64,000 bases of DNA, taken from positions 276,053 to 340,052 of the forward strand of contig JADKJM010000016.1 of assembly GCA_016721005.1 (NCBI GenBank), written 5' to 3'. The notes under the pieces are model-generated. The model searched no databases and had not been told where the DNA came from. It worked only from the letters and a program-made list of their open reading frames with translations. Position 1 is the first letter of the stretch, and each line of letters begins with the position of its first letter. Below, one piece after another: positions 53,901 to 64,000 of this stretch. Both the position numbers and the translations under genes were made by a program. Origin of the DNA: Flavobacteriales bacterium (GTDB lineage Bacteria; Bacteroidota; Bacteroidia; Flavobacteriales_F; PHOS-HE28).

Positions 53901-56900
53901 CCAACAGCGGTTGCACTACGACCGGGGTGGCGCTCGGAACGCCTGTGACCGCCGACAACTGCGGCGTGATATCAGTGACCAACAACGCTCCTGCTTCCTT
54001 CCCGATCGGTGCGACCACCGTGACCTGGACTGTGACCGACAACGCTGGACGTACCGCTACCTGCGCGCAGACCGTGACCGTGACGGACAACGTCGATCCG
54101 ACCATCGTATGTCCTGCTGCGGTGAATGTGTTCACCAACAGCGGTTGCACTGCGACCGGTGTGGCGCTCGGTTCACCGGTGACCGCCGACAACTGCGGCG
54201 TGGCTTCGGTGACCAACAACGCGCCTGCTTCCTTCCCGATCGGTGTGACCACCGTGACCTGGACTGTGACCGACAACGCTGGACGCACCGCGACCTGCGC
54301 GCAGACCGTGACCGTGACGGACAACGTCGATCCGGACCATCGTATGTCCTGCTGCGGTGAATGTGTTCACCAACAGCGGTTGCACTGCGACCGGGGTGGC
54401 GCTCGGAACGCCTGTGACCGCCGACAACTGCGGTGTGGCTTCGGTGACCAACAACGCGCCTGCCTCCTTCCCGATCGGTGCGACCACCGTGATCTGGACC
54501 GTGACCGACAACAGCGGACGCACTGCGACTTGCAGCCAGACGGTGACCGTGACGGACAACGTTGATCCGACCATCGCATGTCCTGCTGCGGTGAATGTGT
54601 TCACCAACAGCGGTTGCACCGCGACGGGTGTTGCTCTCGGTACGCCTGTGACCGCCGACAACTGCGGCGTGATATCAGTGACCAACAACGCTCCTGCTTC
54701 CTTCCCGATCGGTGCGACCACCGTGATCTGGACCGTGACCGACAACAGCGGACGCACTGCGACTTGCAGCCAGACGATGACCGTGACGGACAACGTTGAT
54801 CCGACCATCGTATGTCCTGCTGCGGTGAATGTGTTCACCAACAGCGGTTGCACTACGACCGGGGTGGCGCTCGGAACGCCTGTGACCGCCGACAACTGCG
54901 GCGTGATATCAGTGACCAACAACGCTCCTGCTTCCTTCCCGATCGGTGCGACCACCGTGACCTGGACTGTGACCGACAACGCTGGACGTACCGCTACCTG
55001 CGCGCAGACCGTGACCGTGACGGACAACGTCGATCCGACCATCGTATGTCCTGCTGCGGTGAATGTGTTCACCAACAGCGGTTGCACTGCGACCGGTGTG
55101 GCGCTCGGTTCACCGGTGACCGCCGACAACTGCGGCGTGGCTTCGGTGACCAACAACGCGCCTGCTTCCTTCCCGATCGGTGTGACCACCGTGACCGGAC
55201 TGTGACCGACAACGCTGGACGCACCGCGACCTGCGCGCAGACCGTGACCGTGACGGACAACGTCGATCCGACCATCGTATGTCCTGCTGCGGTGAATGTG
55301 TTCACCAACAGCGGTTGCACTGCGACCGGGGTGGCGCTCGGAACGCCGGTGACCGCCGACAACTGCGGTGTGGCATCGGTGACCAACAACGCTCCTGCTT
55401 CCTTCCCGATCGGTGTGACCACCGTGACCTGGACTGTGACCGACAACGCTGGACGCACCGCGACCTGCGCGCAGACCGTGACCGTGACGGACAACGTCGA
55501 TACGACCATCGTATGTCCTGCTGCGGTGAATGTGTTCACCAACAGCGGTTGCACTGCGACCGGTGTGGCGCTCGGAACGCCTGTGACCGCCGACAACTGC
55601 GGCGTGGCATCGGTGACCAACAATGCACCTGCTTCCTTCCCGATCGGTGTGACCAGCGTGATCTGGACCGTGACCGATAACAGCGGACGCACTGCGACTT
55701 GCAGCCAGACGGTGACCGTGGCCGACAACGTCGATCCGACGATCGTGTGTCCGGCTGCGGTGAACGTGTTCACCAACAGCGGTTGCACTGCGACCGGGGT
55801 GGCGCTCGGAACGCCTGTGACCGCCGACAACTGCGGTGTGGCTTCGGTGACCAACAACGCGCCTGCCTCCTTCCCGATCGGTGTGACCACCGTGATCTGG
55901 ACCGTGACCGACAACGCTGGACGCACCGCTACTTGCAACCAGACTGTGACCGTGACGGATCTGGACACCGATGGCGATGGAACAAGTGACTGTTTGGACG
56001 GTTGCCCCAACGACCCCAACAAGGTGGCACCTGGCATCTGCGGTTGCGGCATCGCGGAGGGGTCTTGTCAGGATTGTCTTGGAGTTCCGTTCGGCCCTGC
56101 TGTCATCGGTTCAAGCTGCAACGACGGCAACGCTTCAACCGGCAACGATGTGTACCAGGCCAACTGTGCTTGCGCTGGTCAACAAATCGATTGCCTCGGC
56201 GTGGCCGGTGGTTCTGCACTGATCGGTACTGCGTGTGATGACGGCAACGCTTCAACCGGCAACGATATCTATCAAGCCAACTGCGCCTGCGCTGGTCAAC
56301 TCATCGATTGCCTCGGCGTGGCTGGTGGTACCGCGCTGATCGGAACGCCGTGCAACGATGGCAACGCTTCAACCGGTAACGACATCTTCCAACTCGATTG
56401 CTCGTGCGCCGGTCAGCTCATCGACTGTATCGGCGTGGCGGGTGGCACTGCGTTGATCGGTACTGCTTGCGACGATGGCAATGCTTCAACCGGCAACGAT
56501 GTGTACCAGGCCAACTGCGCCTGCGCAGGTCAACTCATTGATTGCCTCGGGGTCGCTGGTGGAACTGCGTTGATCGGTACTGCTTGTGATGATGGCAACG
56601 CTTCGACCGGCAACGATGTGTACCAGGCCAACTGCTCCTGCGCGGGTCAACTCATCGATTGCCTTGGTGTCGCTGGTGGAACTGCACTGATCGGAACTCC
56701 GTGCAACGATGGCATTGCTTCGACCGGCAACGACATGTTCCTGTTGGATTGCTCGTGCGCGGGTCAGCTCATCGATTGCCTTGGTGTGGCCGGTGGCGCT
56801 GCGCTGATCGGAACTGCGTGCAACGACGGCAACGCTTCGACCGGCAACGATGTGTATCAAGCCAACTGCGCCTGCGCTGGCCAACTCATCGATTGCCTCG

Positions 56901-59900
56901 GGGTCGCTGGTGGAACTGCGTTGATCGGTACTGCTTGTGATGATGGCAACGCTTCGACCGGCAACGATGTGTACCAGGCCAACTGCGCCTGCGCAGGTCA
57001 ACTCATTGATTGCCTCGGGGTCGCTGGTGGAACTGCGTTGATCGGTACTGCTTGTGATGATGGCAACGCTTCGACCGGCAACGATGTGTACCAGGCCAAC
57101 TGCTCCTGCGCGGGTCAACTCATCGATTGCCTTGGTGTCGCTGGTGGAACTGCACTGATCGGAACTCCGTGCAACGATGGCATTGCTTCGACCGGCAACG
57201 ACATGTTCCAGTTGGATTGCTCGTGCGCGGGTCAGCTCATCGATTGCCTTGGCGTGGCCGGTGGTACTGCGTTGATCGGAACTCCTTGCAACGATGGCAA
57301 CGCTTCAACCGGCAACGATGTGTACCAGGCCAACTGCTCCTGCGCGGGTCAACTCATCGATTGCCTTGGTGTCGCTGGTGGAACTGCACTGATCGGAACT
57401 CCGTGCAACGATGGCAATGCTTCGACCGGCAACGACATGTTCCAGTTGGATTGCTCGTGCGCGGGTCAACTCATCGATTGCCTTGGCGTGGCTGGTGGTA
57501 CTGCGTTGATCGGAACCGCGTGCAACGATGGCAACGCTTCAACCGGCAACGATGTGTACCAGGCCAACTGCGCTTGCGCTGGTCAACTCATCGACTGCCT
57601 TGGTGTGGCCGGTGGTGCTGCGTTGATCGGAACTCCTTGCAACGATGGCAATGCTTCGACCGGCAACGACATGTTTCAGTTGGATTGCTCGTGTGCGGGT
57701 CAACTCAACGATTGCCTCGGGGTCGCTGGTGGCACTGCGCTGATCGGAACTCCTTGCAACGACGGCAACGCTTCAACAGGCAACGACATGTTCCAGTTGG
57801 ATTGTTCCTGCGCGGGTCAGCTCATCGATTGCCTCGGGGTCGCTGGTGGTGCTGCGTTGATCGGAACTCCTTGCAACGATGGCAATGCTTCAACAGGCAA
57901 CGATCTCTATCAAGCCAACTGCGCCTGCGCCGGTCAACTCATTGATTGCCTCGGTGTGGCCGGTGGAACTGCGCTGATCGGAACCGCTTGCAACGATGGC
58001 AACGCTTCAACCGGCAACGATCTCTATCAGGCCAACTGCGCTTGCGCGGGGCAGCTCATCGATTGCATTGGTGTGGCCGGTGGTTCTGCGCTGATCGGAA
58101 CGCCGTGCAACGATGGCAACGCTTCGACCGGCAACGACATGTTCCAGTTGGATTGCTCGTGCGCTGGCCAACTCATCGATTGCCTTGGGGTCGCGGGTGG
58201 AACTGCGCTGATCGGAACGCCGTGCAACGATGGCAACGCTTCGACCGGCAACGATGTGTACCAAGCCAACTGTGCTTGCGCTGGCCAGCTCATCGATTGC
58301 CTTGGCGTCGCTGGTGGCACCGCATTGATCGGAACTCCGTGCAACGACAACAATGCTTCTACCGGCAACGATGTGTACCTGGCCAACTGTGCTTGCGCTG
58401 GCCAACTCATCGATTGCCTTGGCGTGGCCGGTGGTGCTGCACTGATCGGAACTCCTTGCAACGACAACAACGCTTCGACCGGCAACGACATGTTCCAATT
58501 GGATTGCGCCTGCGCTGGCCAACTCATCGATTGCCTCGGTGTGGCCGGTGGAACTGCGCTGATCGGAACCGCTTGCAACGATGGCAACGCTTCGACCGGC
58601 AACGATGTGTACCAGGCCAACTGTGCTTGCGCTGGTCAACTCATTGATTGCATTGGTGTCGCTGGTGGAACTGCACTGATCGGAACTCCGTGCAACGATG
58701 GCATTGCTTCGACCGGCAACGACATGTTCCAGTTGGATTGCTCGTGCGCGGGTCAGCTCATCGATTGCCTTGGTGTGGCCGGTGGTGCTGCGTTGATCGG
58801 AACTCCTTGCAACGATGGCAACGCTTCAACCGGTAACGATGTGTACCAGGCCAACTGCGCCTGCGCCGGTCAACTCATCGATTGCCTTGGTGTGGCCGGT
58901 GGCACTGCGCTGATCGGAACGCCGTGCAACGACGGCAATGCGATGACCATAAACGACCTATGGAGTGCGAATTGCGCATGCGCCGGCACCCCGGTCACGT
59001 GTACGAGCGAAGCCGGTCCGGATCAAACGATCTGCGGCACGATCGCTCAACTGAACGCATCCGGCAACGGAAGTTGGAGCGTGACACCGGGCATCTCGTT
59101 CAGCGCGATGACCAACCCGCTAGCGACCATCACAGCGAGCACTTCCGGCACTTACCAGTTGATCTGGACGGTCGTTGTTGGAGCATGCAGCGCTGCCGAT
59201 ACAGCGACGGTGACCTTCCATCCGCAATCAGATGCTTCCTTCTCCTTTGGCCAGTCGACCTACTGCGCGACCAGCATGTCACCAACCCCATGGGCAGCTG
59301 ATCTGAACGGCAGCTTCAGCGCTACCCCGAATGGCCTTGTTCTGAATACTGCGGATGGATCCATAGATCCCGCAGCGAGCGCACCGGGCACCTATACCAT
59401 CACCCATTCGATCAGTGGGGATTGTCCGGCGATGGCGACACAGACTGTCACGATCGTTGCAGGCGCGAATGCGGATTGGAACATGCCCGACCCGATCTGC
59501 GACAACGCGATCGCTATCGAGTTGAACAACCTGGTCACCGGCGATCTCGGTGGAACATGGTCCGGTCAAGGTGTGATCGGTTCGCAATTCAACCCGACGA
59601 ATTTGAGCGGGGGCATCCCGGTCACCTACACGGTATCCATCGGGGGCTGCCAAGCGCAATCCACACAGTTGGTCCACGTGATCGCTTCACCGATCGCCAA
59701 TGCCGGCCCGGATGCATCCGTGTGCGGCAGAGACTTCGTGCTCGGCGCGATCCCCTCCAATGGAACGGGTTCATGGAGTGTACCTGTGGGCATCTCCATC
59801 AACTCGAGTGCAAGCGATCCGAACGCGCAGATCAGCGCTTCATCCTATGGAACGTACACCATGATCTGGAGCGTGACCAATGGGTCATGCACATCAACGG

Positions 59901-60445
59901 ATATGGTCAGCATCACCTTCCTCGATCCCAACCTGGGTCTGTGGGTGAACGCCGGTCCGGACCAATTCCTGGAGGTGCTATCCAACACCGAGTTGCAGGG
60001 CGATGCCACGCAAGGTGCGAACCTGTCATGGTGGGTGCTTTCCGGATCGGCTACCATCAGTTCACCATCCGATGCCGCGACCGGTATCAGCGGGTTGGGC
60101 ATCGGCGACAACCTGGTGATCCTTTCCGCCAGCATGGGCATCTGCGCCTCCATCAGCGATACTGTGCTGATCCACGTGGATGACCTCTTCATCCCGGAAG
60201 GCTATTCGCCCAATGGTGATGGCGTGAATGATACATGGTACATCACCGGCATGTTGGCCTACCCGGGAAGTGAATTGAAAGTGTTCAATCGCTGGGGTCA
60301 GTTGGTGTACGACACCGGGGGCTATGCCAACGAGTGGGACGGCCACGCCAACAACGGCCGACAGCTCCCGGATGACACCTATTTCTATGTCCTGAACTTA
60401 AAAGGTGAGCGCGCGTACAACGGTCACGTTATTATAAAAAGGTGA
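47943..60445 (+). CDS. giant multi-repeat cell-surface adhesin (about 4,167 codons) with C-terminal T9SS type-B (CHU_C / gliding-motility-associated) domain; reading frame interrupted by three single-base indels (about 52895, 54335, 55195)
   Basis: Signal peptide at 47943. SBBP-like propeller repeats (48.0-49.4 kb), divergent HYR domains (50.5-51.65 kb), C-type lectin domain (51.7-52.08 kb). 16 x 234-bp HYR tandem repeats (52217-55960). 25 x 117-bp Cys-rich repeats (56073-58990). Ig-like segments, then FIPEGYSPNGDGVNDTW...YFYVLNLKGERAYNGHVIIKR at the C-terminus. The four ORF-track pieces (47805..52907, 52274..54565, 54357..55205, 54812..60445) join exactly at the indel sites. Confidence 0.75.
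51700..52080 (+). other. C-type lectin domain with EPN motif inside the adhesin
   Basis: GFWIGLNDAGAEGTFRWINSAATGYLPWDVGEPNSAGGNEDYVEVKVNGSWNDEKN. Classic CTLD WIGL...W...EPN...WND spacing, including the long-loop Ca/carbohydrate-site residues. Confidence 0.65.
52217..55960 (+). repeat. 16 tandem near-identical 234-bp (78-aa) HYR-domain repeats
   Basis: Unit DNVDPTIVCPAAVNVFTNSGCTATGVALGTPVTADNCGVASVTNNAPASFPIGVTTVTWTVTDNAGRTATCAQTVTVT repeated with only a few substitutions. The period is confirmed by 234-bp spacing of the ORF-track fragments. Confidence 0.85.
56073..58990 (+). repeat. about 25 tandem 117-bp (39-aa) four-cysteine repeats of unrecognised type
   Basis: Unit DCLGVAGGTALIGTPCNDGNASTGNDVYQANCACAGQLI (variants MFQLDCSC, IASTGND). 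Four invariant Cys per unit. Confidence 0.8.
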
Positions 60446-61362
60446 ATCCGATCAAGGGCATTCTTGCGATCACCGCCATCGCCATTGCGGCACTGGCACA
60501 GGGGCAACATACGCCCCTGACCAGCCATTACCTGTTCAATGGATTGGTGATCAACCCGGCCTACGCCGGTAGCAGGGATGCGCTTACCGCTACCCTGACC
60601 CACCGCCAACAATGGGTGGGTTTCGATGGTGCACCGATCACCCAGACCATAAGCATTCACGCCCCGGTGAGCCGCTCTAAAGTGGGCCTTGGCCTGCTCA
60701 TCTTCAATGACCGTATCGGGGTGAGCAACGAAACCGGGGTGCTCTCGAACTATTCCTATCGGCTCCGGTTCCCGAATGGCAAATTATCTCTTGGCATCGG
60801 CGCCGGATTTACTGTTCTGCGTGCCGATTGGTCACGCGTGAGCATCCAGGACCAGAACGATCCTTCATTCGCCGGTTTCACACGCGGCGCCATCCGGCCG
60901 AACTTCAGTACGGGTGCGTACTACTACACGAAGACCTGGTACATCGGGGCTTCCATGCCCTTCGCGCTCATCCATCAATACGACGACGGTGGTGGCTACA
61001 ACATCTCGAACGAACGGTTCAACCTGCAACCCATGATCACGGGAGGGCATGTCTTCCCGATCAATGATGACTTCAAATTGAAACCGACCGCTTTGATCCG
61101 TTACCGGATGGACAGCGGCATTCAAGGTGACATCAGTTCGAACGTGATCTACAAGGACAAGGTCTGGGGCGGTATCTCCTATCGCACGGGTGATGCGCTG
61201 GTCGGATCGGTGGAAGTGCTTCCCACGCCGCAATGGCGGATCGGGTACGCCTATGATCTCGGTCTTTCCGCCATCCGGCCTTACCACAGCGGTTCGCATG
61301 AATTGCTGGTCCAATATGAATTCGGATATCGTTTGCGGGTGCGTGACCCGCGCTACTTCTAA
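60442..61362 (+). CDS. PorP/SprF-family type IX secretion system membrane protein
   Basis: GTG start overlaps the adhesin stop (GTGA). Signal peptide, then HYLFNGLVINPAYAGS (PorP/SprF N-terminal signature) and a beta-barrel-like remainder ending in an aromatic residue. Confidence 0.8.
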   Translation: MNPIKGILAITAIAIAALAQGQHTPLTSHYLFNGLVINPAYAGSRDALTATLTHRQQWVGFDGAPITQTISIHAPVSRSKVGLGLLIFNDRIGVSNETGVLSNYSYRLRFPNGKLSLGIGAGFTVLRADWSRVSIQDQNDPSFAGFTRGAIRPNFSTGAYYYTKTWYIGASMPFALIHQYDDGGGYNISNERFNLQPMITGGHVFPINDDFKLKPTALIRYRMDSGIQGDISSNVIYKDKVWGGISYRTGDALVGSVEVLPTPQWRIGYAYDLGLSAIRPYHSGSHELLVQYEFGYRLRVRDPRYF

Positions 61363-61365
61363 GCG

Positions 61366-63600
61366 ATGAGGCCGTTCTGGTCCATAGCACTCCTGTTCAT
61401 CCTGCCATTCACGGCCGGAGCGCAATACATCCATGAGGTTCGCGCGCTTGACGTGCGCCCGACCGGCGAGGACTACGCACCCGTGTTCCAGGACAGCGGG
61501 TTCGTGATGGTCTCTGTCCGGGAGTCGAGTGCCGTGATCGGTTTCAAGGATGCGGAAACGGACAAGCCTCTTTCCGATCTGTACTGGGTACCGTTCAAGG
61601 ATGGGGTTTGTGGACAGCCCGTACTATTCAGCCAGAACCTGACCACACCGGTGAATGAAGGCCCAGCCGCGTTCACCAACGGTGGCAAGACCATTTGCTT
61701 CACACGGAACCAAGTGCTGCCGAAGAAGCTCTCGAACATGCGCGGAGCGAGCGCACAACTCGGACTGTTCTTCTCCGAATTGCAGAATGGCATGTGGTCC
61801 GCTCCAACGCCTTTTGCGCACAACGATCCCAAATACTCCATCATGCATCCGACCTTCAGCATGGACGGGCGCACGATGTACTTCGCCAGCGATATTCCAG
61901 GAGGTGTTGGAGGAATGGATCTCTATCGCAGCATGAAGACCGCCGCTGGATGGTCGAAGCCGGAATCATTGGGCCCGGAAGTGAACACCGTCGCGAACGA
62001 GGTCTTCCCACGGATGAATGCCGATGGCACCTTGGCCTTCGCTAGCGACCGCACAGGTGGACTAGGAAAGCTCGACATCTATTTGACCCGTGAGCGGGAC
62101 GGCCACTGGGATCTTCCGGAGGCATTGCCAGCACCGATCAACAGCCCGGCCAATGATCACGGCTATTCGTTGATGCCCGACGGCTACTCGGCGTTGTTCA
62201 CCTCGAACAGGACAGGTATCGATGCGATCCACTTCGTCAAGCGGACCATTCCGAAATTCCAGGATTGCACCGAGCAACAGCGGAACAACTACTGCTATGC
62301 CTTCAGCCGTAGGCCACACATGGCCACCAGTTCGATCCCGGTGGATCATGTGTGGGACATGGGTGACGGAACGATGATCAAAGGCTACCAAGCGCAGCAT
62401 TGCTACACCGCACCGGGCAACTACACCGTTCGCTCCCTTCTCGTTGATCGGAAAACCGGGGCGGTCTTCTACGCCTTGAGCTCGAATGACCTTGTGGTCG
62501 CGGACATCAAACAGGTGTGGGTCAATGCACAGGATACCGTTCGCACTGGTCGCGCGCTGGAACTGATCGGCACCACCGGTTTCCTCGCGGACATCGATCC
62601 CGGTGAATACCAATGGGACTTCGGCGATGGATCCACGCACGAGGGCTCCCGATTGAACCACGTGTTCAAACAAGCAGGGGTGTATGAAGTGAAGCTGGAT
62701 GTGATCTCCAAACCGGGACCACAAGGAGTACTGGCTCACCAGTGCAACTCCAAGAAGATCATCGTGATCGATCGGTTCAAGGATCAAGAGGACATGGCCG
62801 TAGTGGCGGTCTATCAGGATGCATTGGGTAAGAATCATTCCTTCGAATACCAGGAACTGCCGTTCGACCACACCGAACTCGAGGGCGAGGCACTCACCGA
62901 TGTGGTGTTCTCGGTCCAGCTTTTCGCAAGCAAGGAAAGGATCGATCTGGACGATGCACGGTTCATCGCCATCAAGAAGCAATTCCGGGTGATCGAACGT
63001 TTCGATCCCGAACTTGGAGTTTATACCTACTCCGTGGGCGAGACGAAGAATGTGGAAGAACTCTACCAAGTGTTCCGCAAGGTGAAGGATCTTCAATTCC
63101 TCGATGCAGAGGTCTTCGCATTACGCGAGGAGAAACTGATGGACCTGAGCCAGCTGAACCTTTCCGCCCTGGAGGATCTGAACCACAAAAAGCTCCGGAC
63201 CAGTGCCATCCATTTTGCATACAAGAGCGCGGCACTTGAGCCGGGTTCCGAAGTCGTCCTTGATCAGATCACAGGCTTGATGCGCCAGCACCCCGAATTG
63301 CAATTGGTGATCGAGGCGCATACCGATGACATCGGCAGCCGCCAATACAACATCGAGCTTTCCCAACAGCGCGCTGCCTCGGTGGTGGAGTACCTCGCCG
63401 GTCAGCAAGTCGCGGATGAGCGCCTCCTGCCCATCGGCCATGGCAAGAACCAACCGATCGCCAGCAACAAGACCGAAGAAGGTCGCAGCTTGAACCGCCG
63501 CGTGGAATTCCGCATGGTGGTGAAAGGCGATGCGCCGAAAGCCGGTACCGAGTTAACCGGTATTCCTGCACCTCGCTCGGTCAAGTCGGCGAAGCCCTGA
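61366..63600 (+). CDS. OmpA-family protein with TolB-like beta-propeller and PKD-like regions
   Basis: Signal peptide MRPFWSIALLFILPFTAGAQ. TolB/WD40-like repeats. PKD-like segment (WDMGDGTMIKGYQAQHCYTAPGNYTV). C-terminal OmpA domain (TDDIGSRQYNIELSQQRAASVVEYL...NRRVEF). Confidence 0.8.
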   Translation: MRPFWSIALLFILPFTAGAQYIHEVRALDVRPTGEDYAPVFQDSGFVMVSVRESSAVIGFKDAETDKPLSDLYWVPFKDGVCGQPVLFSQNLTTPVNEGPAAFTNGGKTICFTRNQVLPKKLSNMRGASAQLGLFFSELQNGMWSAPTPFAHNDPKYSIMHPTFSMDGRTMYFASDIPGGVGGMDLYRSMKTAAGWSKPESLGPEVNTVANEVFPRMNADGTLAFASDRTGGLGKLDIYLTRERDGHWDLPEALPAPINSPANDHGYSLMPDGYSALFTSNRTGIDAIHFVKRTIPKFQDCTEQQRNNYCYAFSRRPHMATSSIPVDHVWDMGDGTMIKGYQAQHCYTAPGNYTVRSLLVDRKTGAVFYALSSNDLVVADIKQVWVNAQDTVRTGRALELIGTTGFLADIDPGEYQWDFGDGSTHEGSRLNHVFKQAGVYEVKLDVISKPGPQGVLAHQCNSKKIIVIDRFKDQEDMAVVAVYQDALGKNHSFEYQELPFDHTELEGEALTDVVFSVQLFASKERIDLDDARFIAIKKQFRVIERFDPELGVYTYSVGETKNVEELYQVFRKVKDLQFLDAEVFALREEKLMDLSQLNLSALEDLNHKKLRTSAIHFAYKSAALEPGSEVVLDQITGLMRQHPELQLVIEAHTDDIGSRQYNIELSQQRAASVVEYLAGQQVADERLLPIGHGKNQPIASNKTEEGRSLNRRVEFRMVVKGDAPKAGTELTGIPAPRSVKSAKP

Positions 63601-63715
63601 CCGTATCCGGTGGTCCCTTTCATGTGATCACCCAAGGTTGCGGATCCTTGCGATCCCCTGCACAGCATTCCTCTTTGTCCCGAAAGCGCGGGCGCGATGG
63701 CTACTTTCGTCGGGC

Positions 63716-64000
63716 ATGCATCGGAGCCTTCAGATAGTTGCTGTATCGGTCGCAGGTCTAAGCGGCGCGTGGACAGCCTGTGCCCAATCACGCTTCATCG
63801 AGAACAAAGGGCAGTGGCCGCAGAACGTGACGTACCAAGCCGAAGCGGGCGGTGCGACGTTCTGGTTCGAGCGCGGCGCGATGGTGGTGGATCTCTTCGA
63901 TGCGGACGCCCTTGTTCGCGCGCACGGCGATATCCGCGAAGCTCCGGTAACCTCATTGCGCCACCATGCGGTCCGACTTCGCTTTGTTGACCCAAGCGCA
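63716..64000 (+). CDS. secreted protein, N-terminal fragment (FIENKGQWP-type N-terminus; gene continues past window end)
   Basis: MHRSLQIVAVSVAGLSGAWTACAQSRFIENKGQWPQNVTYQAEAGGATFWFERGAMVVDLFD. Signal peptide plus the FIENKGQWP opening, which I recall as common to SBBP-type Bacteroidota surface proteins. Open to the window edge. Confidence 0.45.
   Translation, partial: MHRSLQIVAVSVAGLSGAWTACAQSRFIENKGQWPQNVTYQAEAGGATFWFERGAMVVDLFDADALVRAHGDIREAPVTSLRHHAVRLRFVDPSA

Noticed and set aside
52058-56052. Long minus-strand ORFs (52058..52885, 52729..54324, 54173..55189, 55069..56052) and extra plus-frame ORFs rich in CDRQ, RCGEC and similar, across the HYR array
   Set aside because: They are alternative-frame or antisense readings of a GC-rich, stop-poor tandem repeat. 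They repeat with the same 234-bp period, and only one frame gives a recognisable HYR-domain protein.
56486-58647. ORFs 56486..57118(-), 57127..57945(+), 57946..58647(+) and 58007..58639(-) with RWQ/CFDRQR low-complexity translations
   Set aside because: Off-frame or antisense readings of the 117-bp Cys-repeat array, not independent genes.

Overview
This is a high-GC (about 60%) chromosomal window with Bacteroidota hallmarks. It carries several T9SS C-terminal sorting domains, a PorP/SprF gene, delta-60, SBBP and HYR repeats, and S41/S46 peptidases. Translational starts lack Shine-Dalgarno sequences. Housekeeping genes are present and recognisable: sucA-sucB, rfbA, a polyprenyl synthetase, frr, pyrH, pbpC, phhB and an ECF sigma factor.

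The accessory content falls into four parts.

- 1-4.5 kb: a co-directional, overlapping four-gene redox operon. It comprises a His-rich membrane protein, a ferredoxin/FAD oxidoreductase, a 20-heme c-type cytochrome, and a second cytochrome that runs off the window.
- 4.8-5.6 kb: an IS200-like REP-associated tyrosine transposase (RAYT). Next to it lie a 28-bp tandem array and a REP-like palindrome.
- 24-32 kb: a decaying, partly AT-rich locus. It holds an outer-membrane barrel remnant, a degraded IS3 element and a bacterial alpha-2-macroglobulin gene shattered by at least 12 frameshifts. Its usual partner pbpC lies 3.6 kb away with one frameshift.
- 47.9-63.6 kb: the most striking system. A roughly 12.5 kb adhesin gene (about 4,170 aa) sits beside a divergent ECF sigma/anti-sigma pair. 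The adhesin contains SBBP beta-propeller repeats, HYR domains, a C-type lectin domain with an EPN motif, 16 near-identical 234-bp HYR repeats, and 25 copies of a 39-aa four-Cys repeat that I do not recognise. It ends in a T9SS type-B (CHU_C) domain. It is followed, translationally coupled, by a dedicated PorP/SprF protein and a large OmpA-family protein.

Single-base indels disrupt the adhesin (three), an MMPL transporter and pbpC. These may be genuine pseudogenisation or consensus errors. Two intergenic regions carry dense hairpin clusters (32.19-32.39 kb and 32.90-33.11 kb). I found no rRNA, tRNA or CRISPR.
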